Assembly (NCBI GenBank): GCA_964016885.1
Contig: OZ024743.1
Location: forward strand, 171,864,001 to 171,928,000
Reading direction: 5' to 3'
Length of the DNA: 64,000 bases
Source of the DNA: Eledone cirrhosa
Taxonomy: Eukaryota
Part shown: piece by piece, positions 28,521-41,197 of the stretch
Layout: the number at the start of each line of letters is the position of its first letter
Numbering within the stretch: position 1 is the stretch's first letter
Notes under the pieces: model-generated
The model's database searches: none
What the model saw: the letters and a program-made list of their open reading frames with translations, nothing else
What the model was told of the DNA's origin: nothing
Made by a program: the position numbers and the translations under genes

Positions 28521-28714
28521 ATTTGTATCATGAATTTTATCATCGTTATTATTACAATTACAATTATTATTTTGTTACTATTAACATTTCCCGTTATTTT
28601 AACCATATCATCCTTTATTAAACATTTCACCCTTCTTATAGTTATTTACCTAAATTTTTATACCACCATATATTCCTGTAGGATATTTCTCTAGGCGATT
28701 TATTAGTATATATA

Positions 28715-29325
28715 AGGGTGGTCGATTGGCAGTATCGGTAGAGGCGGACACCTTGCTTTGCAGCATAGTGACGACCCTTTACAGTCTGAGTTCAAATCCC
28801 ACCGAGGTTAACTTTGCCTTTCATCCTTACGGGATCGATAAAATAAAGCACCAGTAACATACTGAGGTCGATTTAATCGAATTTCCCCTCCCCCCAAATT
28901 GTGCCTATACTAGAAATATTATTAGTACATATATAAGGGCGGTGGATTGGCAGTATCGGTAGAGGGTTGGACGCCATGCTTTGAAGCATAGAGTTGCGTC
29001 CCTTTATCTGAGTTCAAATCTCGCCGAGGTTAACTTTGCTTTTCATCCTTACGGGGTCGATAAAATAAAGTACCAGTAATGTACAGAGTAATTGCTGGCC
29101 TTGTGCCAAAATTAGAAACAATTATTAGTACATATACGGTGGATTGGCAGTATCGGTAGAGGGTCGGAGGCCATGCTTTGCAGCAAAGTGTCACGGTCCT
29201 TTATGGTCTGAGTTCAAATCCCGCCGAGGTTACCTGTGCCTTTCATCCTTACGTGGTCGATAAAATAAAGTACCAGTAATGTACTAGGTAAATGCTGGCC
29301 TTGTGCCAAAAGTAGAAACAATTAT
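28715..29325 (+). mobile_element. Three head-to-tail tRNA-derived SINEs
   Basis: Copies at about 28715-28922, 28937-29125 and 29137-29325, each bounded by TTATTAGTA(C/T)ATATA. Confidence 0.92.
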
Positions 29326-30214
29326 TAGTACATATACTAATGCGTGTGTATGTCGATAGGTACACCGATCCATATGTATGTGTATCCAGTAGCATGCCGA
29401 CGTGCGTCTATGTATGTTTATCTGTGCCTATGAATACGTATATATGTGAGTACATGTGTATACATAGGTATAGATATGTGTACGTATGTACGCGTTCGTG
29501 TCTGTCTGTAACTATATATATTTGTATATGCGCGTCTGTGTGTGTGTGTATGTGTATATATGTTAGCCGATATAGTTAGTGTAGCAAGTAGCAACTAATT
29601 CATTTATTTATCCATCTATTTATTTATAAAATTCCTTTCACTCACTCGCCACAGTTATTCTTAATCTTATAAATTCTAGAAACCACAATCCCCCTTGATA
29701 AATATCTTTTACATACTAACCACCAACGAAAACATAAGCCCCTTACTCCCTGTATTTTCATCCTCCCTTCTTTCTCGTCTTATTCTTATTTTAACTTGTG
29801 TTTAATTTACTATTATTTCTTTCACTATACCAAACATCTAACGAACAAAAACCCCATCTCCCTCTGGTCCATCATCACACCCTTTCATCTCCCATCACTT
29901 ATCGCTCCTAACCACCTCTACAATCTAACCCAACATCTTCACCTCACCACATAAACGCCACAATGTCTATAAAACAGCCAAAACACCACACCTTCGCAAC
30001 TCCCACCAATCATTGCTTCCCACCACCATATTTCTCTTACCATCTCTTATTTATCTTCATTATAATTCTCCCCCTACCCTATCACACACACCCAGACAAA
30101 ACCACCAATGAAAACGAACTTAAAATGACCACCATAAATGAATGTGAATCGTTATACGTGTATAGTTTGTCAAAGCCAGCACTAAGACGTTCATTCTGTC
30201 ATCACCACAACAGA

Positions 30215-30299
30215 GGTCCGACGAGCGTTTGATTCAAGAATCGGGCTAGAATGATGCAGGTCGAACTTTGAGCTGATCAATAGTGAAACGCGCGTCATT
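30215..30299 (+). ncRNA. Candidate variant hammerhead with long stem II
   Basis: GGT-CCGACGA-GC...(~56 nt)...GT-GAAAC-GCGC-GTC-ATT; stem III palindrome ACGCGCGT; AATAAA at 30304. Confidence 0.45.
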
Positions 30300-30346
30300 A
30301 CTCAATAAACGTAATGAAGACATAACAAATCGTTCATTTTATTATC

Positions 30347-30416
<70 letters not shown>

Positions 30417-30660
30417 CAAAGTGGAGGTGTTACAACAAGAATTTATTGATCAGTCTTGGTTACAATTGTTACACAAACAGTCGAACAGACGGCTCATGAT
30501 CCGGGTTAATAGTCCAGACCAGACTCCAGATCAGCCTGATCCTCAGACAAGTGCTATCACAACAAAATCAACATCAGATCTGTGGACAAATCAGCTGGTT
30601 ACAAACAAGTATAAAGAGATTGTCCAATCAGGGGCCCAGAATTCACCAGACGCACGTACA

Positions 30661-31029
30661 CGCTTCAGCGACGCTCTCATTAACCTTTTCAGATTTGAAA
30701 AGGAACCTCAGGGTGGAGAGGGAAGTATTGATTTTCAGCCAGTTTGTTGAAAGGTGGGAGAGATAGAGGCAAGAATGGCCTACCCTGACCGTGTGCCTGT
30801 AGAATAGGGAGGACAACTGGGAAAGAGCACGTGGCCTACCGGTCCGGGTGGCCGTGGAGTCTCTTCCCCTTTGGGATATTTATTATGTTTGTTTGTTTAT
30901 TAAATGTTTATTTTCTTAATCTGTTATAAATTGTATTTTACATATTGTATCGTCCTGTACAGTCTTTAATGTCTCCTTAATATGAGCCCTGTGTGGCTAA
31001 TAAAGAAATCATGATTTATTATTATTATT
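30661..31029 (+). mobile_element. Tx1-like LINE 3' fragment
   Basis: Homologous to 7160-7576 (LINFF.F..KR..RVEREVL), with AATAAA and (ATT)n. Confidence 0.85.
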
Positions 31030-31163
31030 GGGCGGTGGATTGGCAGTATCGGTAGAGGGTCGGACGCCATGCTTTCTAGCATAGTTACGTCCCTTTATGA
31101 TCTGAGTTCAAATCCCGCCGTGGTTAACTTTGGCTTTCATCCTTACGGAGTCGATAAAATAAA
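31030..31163 (+). mobile_element. SINE, 3'-truncated
   Basis: Family head and core, placed directly after the Tx1 (ATT)n tail. Confidence 0.88.
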
Positions 31164-31165
31164 TT

Positions 31166-34100
31166 GCGATAAGTCTGCTGTCGTGTGACAACGGCGTAAA
31201 AGTTGAGAGGAGGGTTACGGCAAACACAGAAATTGACACAACAAACACCACCACAAATAACGTGAACAAAGACAGCAATAACAACACCGAGAACACTAAT
31301 TTTAAGAAGATTACCACACCAACTACAACGGTAACAGTGACAACCAAAATACAGACAACAGAAAAAAATGACAACAAATGTAACACCACTAACAAGAAAA
31401 GAAAATATTAACACCACTAATAAGAAAATAAACAACGACAAAAACAACAGCAACAATACAAATTGCACCGAGAACAACAAAAACGGTGGCACCCAAAACA
31501 CAAACAACTACAACAGTGGTAACACCAACAACACCAACAACACCGTTTGTAGCAGTAGCAACAGCAACAGCACCAACAACAAGACCAGTAGCAGCAGTAG
31601 CGGAAGCAATAATGGTGCCCTGAAAAAGGGGCCACTTCTTTCGCAGGTGTGGCCCGAAATGTGGAGACTGTGCTAGTCACGGAGGAGGAGATGGTAGTCG
31701 CAAGGGCCATGGTGACAAGAAATGACAATAGAGTTTCTGTGAAACCTCCACCCGATTTTTTTCAAGAACCGGCAGCTATGGACGGTGGCTTACCGCACCA
31801 TAAGCAAAATGTCACATTCGGTAGAGAGATCCACGGAGGCTCAAATCCCAAAGGCCTTGGGTGCGTCTGGGCGCGCAAAACCAACATCACCCGAGGCAAA
31901 AAGTATGCCACAGTAGACGTACCTTTCGCCACCCCGCAAGAGGCGAAGTCTCACACTTTGGAAACCCTAAAGAGTGAGGAGATAATCTTGGTGCCCTCCT
32001 ACTGCTTGCAGAAAATTGTGAGGGTCAAAGTGACCCAGGTCCCGCCCGACGTGCCCATACCTTGGCTGGACGCGTCTGTATTGGCTGAAATCGAGGAGAA
32101 GACCACCATACTGCATATACAGAGAAGGGGAAGAGAGAACTGGTCAGGAATAGGCATGCGAATGCTAATACACACTGACCAGGAGTACACCGAGGCCATC
32201 CCAGACATCATAGACCTCGAAGAAGGGCTCCAACTCCCTATAAGCGTGGAAGGCGCCCAAAGTGCTATCTCAGCCAAGAAGAGCCCCCCCCCCCCCTCCT
32301 TCCGATGCCTGATCCGCTACTACCAAGAGCAGGGCAGGAAACAGAGGCAGAAGACCCTTCCATGGTGAGTAGGAGGGCAACGTCCGTGGCACTCATACCA
32401 AGGCCACGGACAACTAAAACAGCGGCAACAGTGGCGGCAACACCAACAGTCGCAGTAGCCACACAGGCAGCAAAATCGCCGGAGAAGGCTCCACTGCCAC
32501 CACCGACAGCAGTGGAGCTCATACCTTTCCCAGACGCCACGGAATCTGACATGGAGTATGAGGCGGGAGTGAAGTGGCAAACGGTCTGCCACATAAAACA
32601 AAAAAGGAAAAACCCCTTAGCTTCACCCTCCAAAAGTGAAGGCTGACAAAGCGGGGTAAAGGCTGCAAGGAGAGTTGCAGCAACACCACCACCATCACCA
32701 TCACAAGCATCACCAGCAACAACAACCATACTACCACGAGCATCACCAAAAACACCAACATCGCAAACATAACAAAACACACACACCCAACAGCAACAAA
32801 ATTACCCCTACCCCAAAAAGTACACAGCCATACACATGCCAAATAAAGAATTCATACAACATATAAAGCAGCACACAGACATCGCAAAAAAAACTTCTAC
32901 ACCCTACGAACATCAAGAACTCTGCCGACAAACATAAGCATTTATTGAAATCAAAATAGAACAGTACAAACTTAAAAAAAAAAATTCCCCAACGCAGTTG
33001 GAGACTTCAGAGGGTCGGTTACTAAGAGGATATGCACTGACATCCTCTTGGAAACACCCATGACCGGCCAAAGTGACGGTTCTACTGTCTCTTCACCACA
33101 CGATCAAGGTAAGTGATCCTTTTTCACTTGCCCCGTTTCTCATCCAACATGGCCGTACATAGAATAGGCAGTATAAATGTACGTGGTCTGGGGTCATCTT
33201 GGAAGTAGGGTCACCAGCTCAACGACCTCGGGTTACTAAACATAGATGTGCTGGCCATCAGCGAGACCAGAATCTCCGAAGCACGAGCCTCCGCACCGAT
33301 CTTCGGCGGCTGCGATGTATATGCATCTCCCAGCCGTCCATGATCGGGAGGGAAGTGTGGCAATGCTTTTTCAAGAGGCTTGGATCTCGCCATACGGGCC
33401 ATCTTCCTGGACCCAGAAGGTAAGTCGGTGGTGCTGGACGTTACCGGCAGCGAAGACAATGCTTTCAGGCTAGTAGCCATCCACGCCCCAACGGGCAGGG
33501 CGGCTAGATTTCTTCAGACGGCTAGAGAACTTTCTTGGAACATCCATTTATTTAGTGTTAGTGGGCGACTGGAACGGTATCTTAGATGCACGCTGGGAAT
33601 ATGTGGGGCTAGTAGACAGGGCAGGGGGGTGTAAAAGCTTCAACAACCTGCTCAGACGTTTTGAACTGTCTGACTGGTATCGACTGGATCACCCGAATGT
33701 GCCAATGTGGACATGAACAAATCGCATCGGGTCATCCAGATCGTATCTCGATAGGGTATTCTGCAGAGAACTAGATAAGGCTAGTATAAGTTGTCCACAA
33801 TTTAAAATAGTCGACTACACAGACCACATATTTTTGATCAGTGAGATCGACATAGACAGACTTCATAGACAAGGACCCGGTTACTGGAAGCTGAACGCGT
33901 CTTTCCCGGCGCGCAAAGCCTACAGAGATCGGATTAGCGTATTAGTTAAGCGGGCGTTGACGGGAGCGGTCGTCAACAACAGGTAGTGTTTCGCCCTGAA
34001 AAGGGCAATTAAAGTAGAGTCGATTAGGTTTAGCAAACGACTAGTGATAGAGGAAAATAGAGTAGAGGGAGAGCTAGTCGGAAAACTAGAAGAGGCGTTT

Positions 34101-36621
34101 AGGATTGGCATCGCAACCGACGTGCTTGCGTCGAGATTGGCACTCTACCAATTCTTCAACACAAAACACGAAGGCTGCTTTGTCAAAGCTAGAGCGCATG
34201 CTCTGAAACACAAATGGACGAAAGCCGTCCAATGGGCCCGGGTAGCAGAGCCGCGACGTGGCAACAAAGCCACAATTCGGTCTTTGTCTGACCAAAACGG
34301 GCGTGTGTTGTTCGAACCCGAGCAGATGTGTGCTGCTTTTCAACAGCACTTTCGTCAATTGTTCGGGAGCGGCGGCGGGAGGTTCGGAATATGGACTTCA
34401 GTGCATACCTCGAGGGACTGCCTCGGCTCTCGACGACTGCAGCGCAGTGCTGCGAAAAGCCGATAACAGCAGGTGAAATACGGGAGGCGATGTCTGACTG
34501 CACAAGGGGTAAATCGCCAAGTTGGATGGTCTACCCTATGAGTTTTATGCTTATATGCCAGGCTTGTTCGGTGAACTCTTGGCAGATGTCTACTGCACAT
34601 GGCAGCAAAACGGGAGCATTCCCAGGTTTGTGAGCCAGGGAACGGTGGCGCTGCTGAGAAAAGACCCGAACAAAGCGGACGTTATAGACAACTTCAGGCC
34701 CATAACTCTGCTAAATGCAGAGCTAAAGATTTTGGCCAAGGTGTTAGCAAAGAGATTGGCCCTTGTCGTCAGTGATCTGGTGGAAGATGTGCAGACATGC
34801 GCCTTTCTGGACAGATCCATCTCGTGCGATACATCATAGAGAGGGTGGTTAAGGAACCTGGCACGTGTGGGGCCCTGATCTCAAATTGGAGACGATGAGG
34901 GGGGGGGGGGGGGTCCCACGCGAACTGGGATGCGGGAAATCGGTTTCAGCTTACGCCGACGAAATCACTGTGGTGATGTCGAGCACCAAACACGTCCAGG
35001 TGCTGGGCACCGATCTCAAGGAATACGAAGCGGTGACAGGAGCAAAGATAAACCAGGAAAAGTCGGTGGGCTTGCAGCTCGGCACCTGGAGTGACAAGTC
35101 CATGCCGTCCGACAGCGTCGTGGGACGTTGGACGGACGGACCGGTTAAATTGCTCGGGGCTTGGTTCGGACCGGACCTCCAGATATAAAAATGCTGGAGC
35201 AAGGTGACGAGTAGGGTGGCCTCCGTCACCCAGAATGGGCCGAGAGGAAGCTCTCCCTGAAAGGCCGGGCGGAGGTGGCGAATGCGTACATCGCGTCCGT
35301 CATCTGATACCGCATCACTGTCGTCCCTTGCCCCGGCCCAACTCTCACCAAAATGGAGCGCCTCCTCTTCCGCTTTTTGTAGAAGAGACGCGCTCCCATA
35401 GTCAGATGATACATCTGCTGTCAACACCCCTTGCCTGGAGGACAGGCATGCCGTGGTTGATGATGCGCAAACATGCGCTGAGGCTGCGACATCTCTGGTG
35501 TTTCCTTGACGGTGAACAAGTGTGGTCGCCGTTTACCAGACGCGCTTTTCCCACAGCTCGTCTCCTTGACGGAGCTGCAGTCCTGGATCAGGAAAAGACC
35601 GAGAGATAGCGCTTGGAAACTGGAATGTCTCCAGGCACTTACCGCCTTCTGCCATCCGGGCACCAGTATCGGTGGAACATCCACCTCGGCGTTCTATAGA
35701 GGGCTAGTGGAGGGAAAGAGCGACGACATTCTCGGAGAGATCCTGGGCGTCGAAGAAAATTAGCTGCTTGCTCTCTTCCGAAGAACTTTAAGCCCAGGGC
35801 CTATGGATAACTTCCAGAAATCCCTGGCCTGGCAGTGCTACCGGTTCGAGATAAGCTCTACAGGCACGGAAGTGCCGTCAGCCGAGCCTGTCTGAGATGC
35901 GCGCAGAGCGACTAAACCGTCGTGCACGCACTCGTTCAGTGCCCGAGCATTGCTAACTTGTGGAGCTATGTCGAACAGTTGCTGTCGCGAGTAGGACTGA
36001 TCTGGTTGTCGACTGAGTCCATTGTGCAGATGGTCTCGCCGTCTTCCTTCGATGAGGAAGGGCAGGCGGTTTTCATCTGCCTGGTGACCATGGCGAATGA
36101 GATTGTGTGGTGGACAAGTTTGAAAGGGTTAAAGACAGACACTTTCCTCTTCGGCGAATCCCTGATTAACTCTTATAAGTTTCACTTAAAGAGGAAAATC
36201 AGGGTGGTGAGGCATGTGCTGTCCTCTAGCAAGTTTGTTGAAAGGTGGGTGAATGTAGCGAGAATGATCCGAGTGAACGGGACTGCTCTCAATATACGCT
36301 TGTAGTTTGAGGAATAGGAAAAAATTGAGAGAGGACTTTGCCCTGGTGGTCAGGGTAGCCGTGTTCTTTTGTGTGGTTTCGCCAAGAGTAACCCTCGGAG
36401 GTATCTCCCCTATTGGGGAATTTTTCATTGTTTGAATTTTCATTTTTATTGTTTATATATATATATGTTTCTATGTCTTTTTTCTTTTCTTATATAAATA
36501 ATAAAAATATTTACACGCACAAAACCCACATCTACCGTCATGTACCGTCCTATGCCGTATGTAATGTTTTTCTTGATGTCAGCCCTTGTGGCCAATAAAG
36601 AAATCATTATTATTATTATTA
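31166..36621 (+). mobile_element. Near full-length degenerate Tx1/L1-clade LINE
   Basis: ORF1 remnant homologous to 40786-42952; ORF2 from ATG 33149 with APE (NVRGL, GDWN, YTDH, GYWKLN) and RT (DGLPYEFY, NFRPITLLN, AYADE); internal deletion at about 34880; (ATT)n tail. Confidence 0.92.
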
Positions 36622-37847
36622 TTGTTCTTTGAGTCTCAGTCATTGATGTTATTTAACTGGAAAGTTTGTTGAAATATATATCAAGCCGCTACCCGCAGCC
36701 TCAGATATTCAGGACGTATTGCTGGGTTGTCGCTGTTCCCAGCAAGAAATCCTTTTGAAGTGTTCCAAAAAGCGGGGCTGGACTAATCTTCTTTAACCAT
36801 CGTTGGAACTCTTTGAGATAGTACCTAGTGCGCCTATGACCATCGGGACGACTTTGATTTCATGGCAGTTCCAAATCCTTTTTACCTCCCACTTTAAGTC
36901 CTGGTATCGGTTAATTTTTTCCCTCTCCCCTTCTTGCACTCTCGTGTCAAATGAGCAGGCTATATCTACATTCAAGCAAGATCTTTTTTCCTTGTCCAAA
37001 GCCACCAGTTCAGGCCTATTGTTCTAATTTCTTGTCCCATAGCACCTTCACCTGATCGTTTTCTATCACCGACTCTGGCTTATGCTCATACCACTTGTCA
37101 GAATATGGTAAATTGTTTACTTTGCATAGATGCCAGTGGATCACCCTGCCTATCACATCATGTCTCTAGCCTTTATAGTGAGTCTGGGCTAGATCTTTCC
37201 ACTCGAATACAATGTGAGCCACAGTCTCCTCTCTCTCTCTCCACAGATCCTTCACAGTGAGCTAGCCGCCTCCTTGTCAATATGATATTTCACCCACTTC
37301 GTTCTGAGAGCCCGCTCTTGACCAGCCATTAGCATTCCTTCTGTAGCTTTTTTAAAGTCTCCTCTTTTTAACCAGTTCCGAGTCTGTGGATCTCTGAATT
37401 GATCTTTCTTAAAGAAGGTACTATGAAGTGATTTTTCATGAAGGTTGCTCTTCCTCCTTATTATTTCCTCCTTGGACATCCCCTGGTTTATTCTCTTCTC
37501 CTTCAGTACAATTTTGAGCATTGGCCCCCTACTGTCAGTCACGTATTTGTGCACGTTGTTTTTCTCCATCTGAACACAGTCCTTTATTTCCGATAAGACC
37601 TCTTCCAGCTTCAGATCTCTTTAAGTAGAGTCTACCGACATCACTCCTCTTGTGGAACATGTAGCTAGTCCATGGCTTCCTAGTCTTCCTATCCATTTCT
37701 TTTTGTTCAGCAACATTCCATTTCAGAATTCTCGCACTGTAACTAATAATAGACATAGCTCGGGAATTTACTGCACTTATGGTATTCCTACTGTTCAGAT
37801 GTGATTTTAATACGCTCCTTACTCTCCTTATGTACTCAGATCTTATC
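36622..37847 (-). mobile_element. R4/Dong-type LINE family 1, 5'-truncated
   Basis: Reverse-complement homology to 14561-15635 (ORFs 36793-37005, 37252-37569, 37535-37849). Confidence 0.92.
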
Positions 37848-40410
37848 ACGAAAGCCGATCAATGGGCCCGAGTGGCGGAGGCGCGTCGTGGCAACCAAGC
37901 CACGATCCGGTCTTTGGTGGACCACGACGGGCGCATGCTACTCGATTCCGGGAAAATGTGTGAAGCTTTTCAGAGACACCTCGCTCAGCTGTTCGGGGGA
38001 AGCGGCGCGCCGGATCGAGGGATGGACTTTAGTGCTTACCTCGAAGGACTGCCGCGGCTCCCGCCCACTGAGGCGGAGTGTTGCGAAAAGCCGATAACAG
38101 TCGGTGAAGTACGGGAGGCAACGACTGGCTGCACAAGGGGTAAATCGCCTGGTTTGGATGGTCTGCTCTATGAAATTTACGTACAGATGTCAAACATGTT
38201 CGGAGGCCTCTTCAACAGAACGGGAGAATTCGCAGCTCTGTGTGCCGGGGAGCGATGGCGCTGCTGAGAAAGCATCCAAACAAGGGGGATAACAGATAAT
38301 TACAGGCCCATAACTCTGCTAAACACAGAGTTCAAGATTTTGGCCAAGGTGCTAGCAAAGAGATTGGCGCTTGTCGTTGGTGGTCTCGTGGTAGAGGCGC
38401 AGACATGCGCCATTCCCCACAGATCCATCCATGAGACCCTGCACCTCATGCGATACATAGTGGAGAGGTTAGCTAGGGAACCTGGCACTGGTGGGTCCTT
38501 GATCAATTTAGATCAGTCGTAAGCTTTCGATAGGGTTGATAATCGTTATTTGGCGGCAGTCCTGAGGGCGGTTTTGGGCCTGTCTTCAGAGGCTGGATCG
38601 CTGCCATGCACAGCGACATCTGCTCTGTGGTGACAGTTAACGGTCACCTTTCGGAACCGTTCAACATCATGCACTCGGTCCGCCAAGGATGTCCCCTCTC
38701 GTCCCTCTTGTACGTATTGACTCTCGAGCTATTACTGTACAAACTGGAGACGCTGAGGGGGGTCCCGCGCAAACTAGGATGCGGAAGATCCGTGTCAGCA
38801 TATGCGGACGATGTCACCGTAGTGGTGTCGAACGCCAAACACATCGAGGCGATCGGCACTACACTAAGAGAATACGAAGCGGTGACAGGAGCCATGATCA
38901 TCCAGGAAAAGTCGGTGGGCCTGCAGCTGGGCACCTGGAGAGGCAGGTCCATGCCGTCCAACAGCGTCATCGGGCACAGGACAGGCGGACCTCCAGACGG
39001 ACAAAAACTGGGACGAGGTGACGAGAAGGGTGGCTTCTCTCACCCAGAAATGGGAAGAGGGGAAGCTATCCCTGAAAGGTCGAGCAGTGAATGCATACAT
39101 CGCGTCCGTCATCTACTACCGCCTGACCGTCGTGCCTTGTCCTAAGCCTCGCCTGACTGTGCTGGAGCATTTGCTCTTTCTCTTTATGTGGAGGGGACGC
39201 GCTCCGTTGGTCAGGCGTTCCATCTGCTGCCAACACCCGCGTGGAGGGCTGGCCATGTCGTGGCTGATGATGCTCAGGCTACGAAATCTCCACCTCTTCC
39301 TCGACGGTGATCATGTGTGGTCGCCGTTTGCTAGACGCGTCTTTCCCCAGCTCGTCTCCTTGACGGAGCTGCAGTCCTAGGTCAAGCGAGGACCGAAAGG
39401 GACTGCTTGGAGACTGGAATGTCTTCAGGCGCTCACAGCCCTTTACCAGTCGGGCAATGTCCTCTATACAACGCCAAGGTGATCGGTGGCGTTCTATAGA
39501 GGATTAGTGGAGGGGAAGAGCGACGACGTAGTTGGGGAAACTCTAGGCGTCGACGAAAATCAATTAGCCAATCTCTTCGGAAGAACTTTCGGGCCGGGGC
39601 CTATGGACAATTTCCAGAAATCCCTGGCCTGGCAGTGCTACCGAGGAGCTTTGCCAGTTTGGGATAAACTCTACAGGCATGGAAGCGCCGTCAGCCGGGC
39701 ATGTCCGAGATGCGCGCAGGGCGACGAAACCGTCCTGCACACACTCGTCAAGTGTCCGACAATTGCTGACTTGTGGGTTTATGTCGAACACCTTCTGTCG
39801 CGTTAGGACGGATCCGAGTATCAGCTGAGTCCATCGTGAGGATTGCCCCGCCCTTTTCCTTTAGCCGGGAAGGGCACGCAGTTTTTGTCTGTCTGGTGGC
39901 CGTGGGGAAAGAGATAGTATGGTGGTCGCGTTTGAAAGGGATTAAAGGGCACTTACCTCTTCGGTGATGCACTGATTAACTTTTTCAAATTTCATTTGAA
40001 AAGAAAAATCAGGGTAGAGAGGGAAGTGCTCTCTTCCCAGCATTTTGTTGAAAGATGAGTGAGAGAAGCAAGAATGGCCCGTGTGAATGGGCTTACTCTG
40101 AGTATGTGCCTGTAAAATGAGGGGGAAAACTGGGAGAGGGCACTTGCCCTGGTGATCAGGGTCACCGTGGCTTTTTTAATGGGCTCTCTCCACGAATCTC
40201 CCTCGGAAGTTTCCCCTCTATTGGGGAATTTTTCCTTGTTCCTTTTTTTGTTACATCCTCTGTTTGTTTGTTTTTACACGCAGAAATGCCCATTTGTACC
40301 GTCATGTATTGTCCTGTATTGTCCTGTATTGTCCTGTATTGTCCTTTATGTCTTACTTTGTGTAATTCTTTGTGGTTAATAAAGAAAGCATTATTATTGT
40401 TATTGTTATT
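37848..40410 (+). mobile_element. 5'-truncated Tx1/L1-clade LINE
   Basis: KSPGLDG, VRQGCPLS, AYADD, zinc knuckle; 3' UTR matches 7314-7576. Confidence 0.92.
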
Positions 40411-40552
40411 CCTTGAATCTCAGTCATTGATGTTGGTTAACTGGAAAGTCCGTTGGATTGAATATCAAGCCACTACCTGCAGCCTCAGATATTCAGGACG
40501 TATCGGAGGGTTCTTGCTGTTCCAAGCAAGCATGCCTTTTGAAGCGTTCCAA
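40411..40552 (-). mobile_element. R4/Dong family 1 3' terminal fragment
   Basis: Matches 5787-5930; lies between two (ATT)n runs. Confidence 0.9.
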
Positions 40553-40586
<34 letters not shown>

Positions 40587-40785
40587 GAATGCCATGGTTG
40601 ACGGAGGCTCGGCTCTGTAAGGTATTGTAATTTTTAACCGTTATGACTTAACCCAAATTGTAGATAAAGACACCCTCCCTCCTCCATGTGAGAGGGGTCT
40701 TTCTGCCCGTTATTTGGCCCTTCGGTGTTAAATAACCAGTTATTGGGGATTTGTGCCCAATATTCATTTTAAACCGTAAAAAAAC

Positions 40786-41166
40786 ATGGCTACAAAAAAT
40801 AATTTTCACAAGTCACTCCCACTCCTTCCGCCTTCTTCTTCCCCAATCGTCATTACACCAGAGAGAAGATTGTCTCTCTCCCTCCCTTCTCTAAATGTGG
40901 TGTCGCCTCTGTCGCCTCTTTCGCAAGCGACGCCAATAAAGAAAAACACAAATGTAGTTTCTCGTAGCGTTCTTCATCAAGAGAACGCGCGTACCGTGGA
41001 ACATTTCTCCACGACGACGACGACAACGAAAGATGTGTGCGGTAAATACGGAAAGCCATTTCATTCGTCTGACGTCATGAAGAATAGCAGCAGCAGCCGT
41101 AATAACAGCAGCAACAGTGGCGAGGAAAATACTAGTAGCAGCCGCAACAACATCAGCAGCAGCATA

Positions 41167-41197
<31 letters not shown>

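Larger units (their letters stand above)
27246..30350 (+). mobile_element. Penelope-like element, probably Hydra-type, 5'-truncated, 3' region interrupted by SINEs
   Basis: FPPTHKYHKLFNR.TV..S.S, CNC-x5-(W)PL-x3-C, NIVYE*, YIGATST.FKERLYNH; HHR-like motif and AATAAA near 30300. Confidence 0.8.

Noticed and set aside
28715-29325. tRNA genes or CRISPR-like array
   Set aside because: tRNA-like heads are SINE parts without a cloverleaf; repeats are ~190-bp SINEs with no unique spacers or cas genes.
30428-30660. Possible solo LTR (TGT...ACA, minus-strand AATAAA)
   Set aside because: No TSD, PBS/PPT or second copy in the window.
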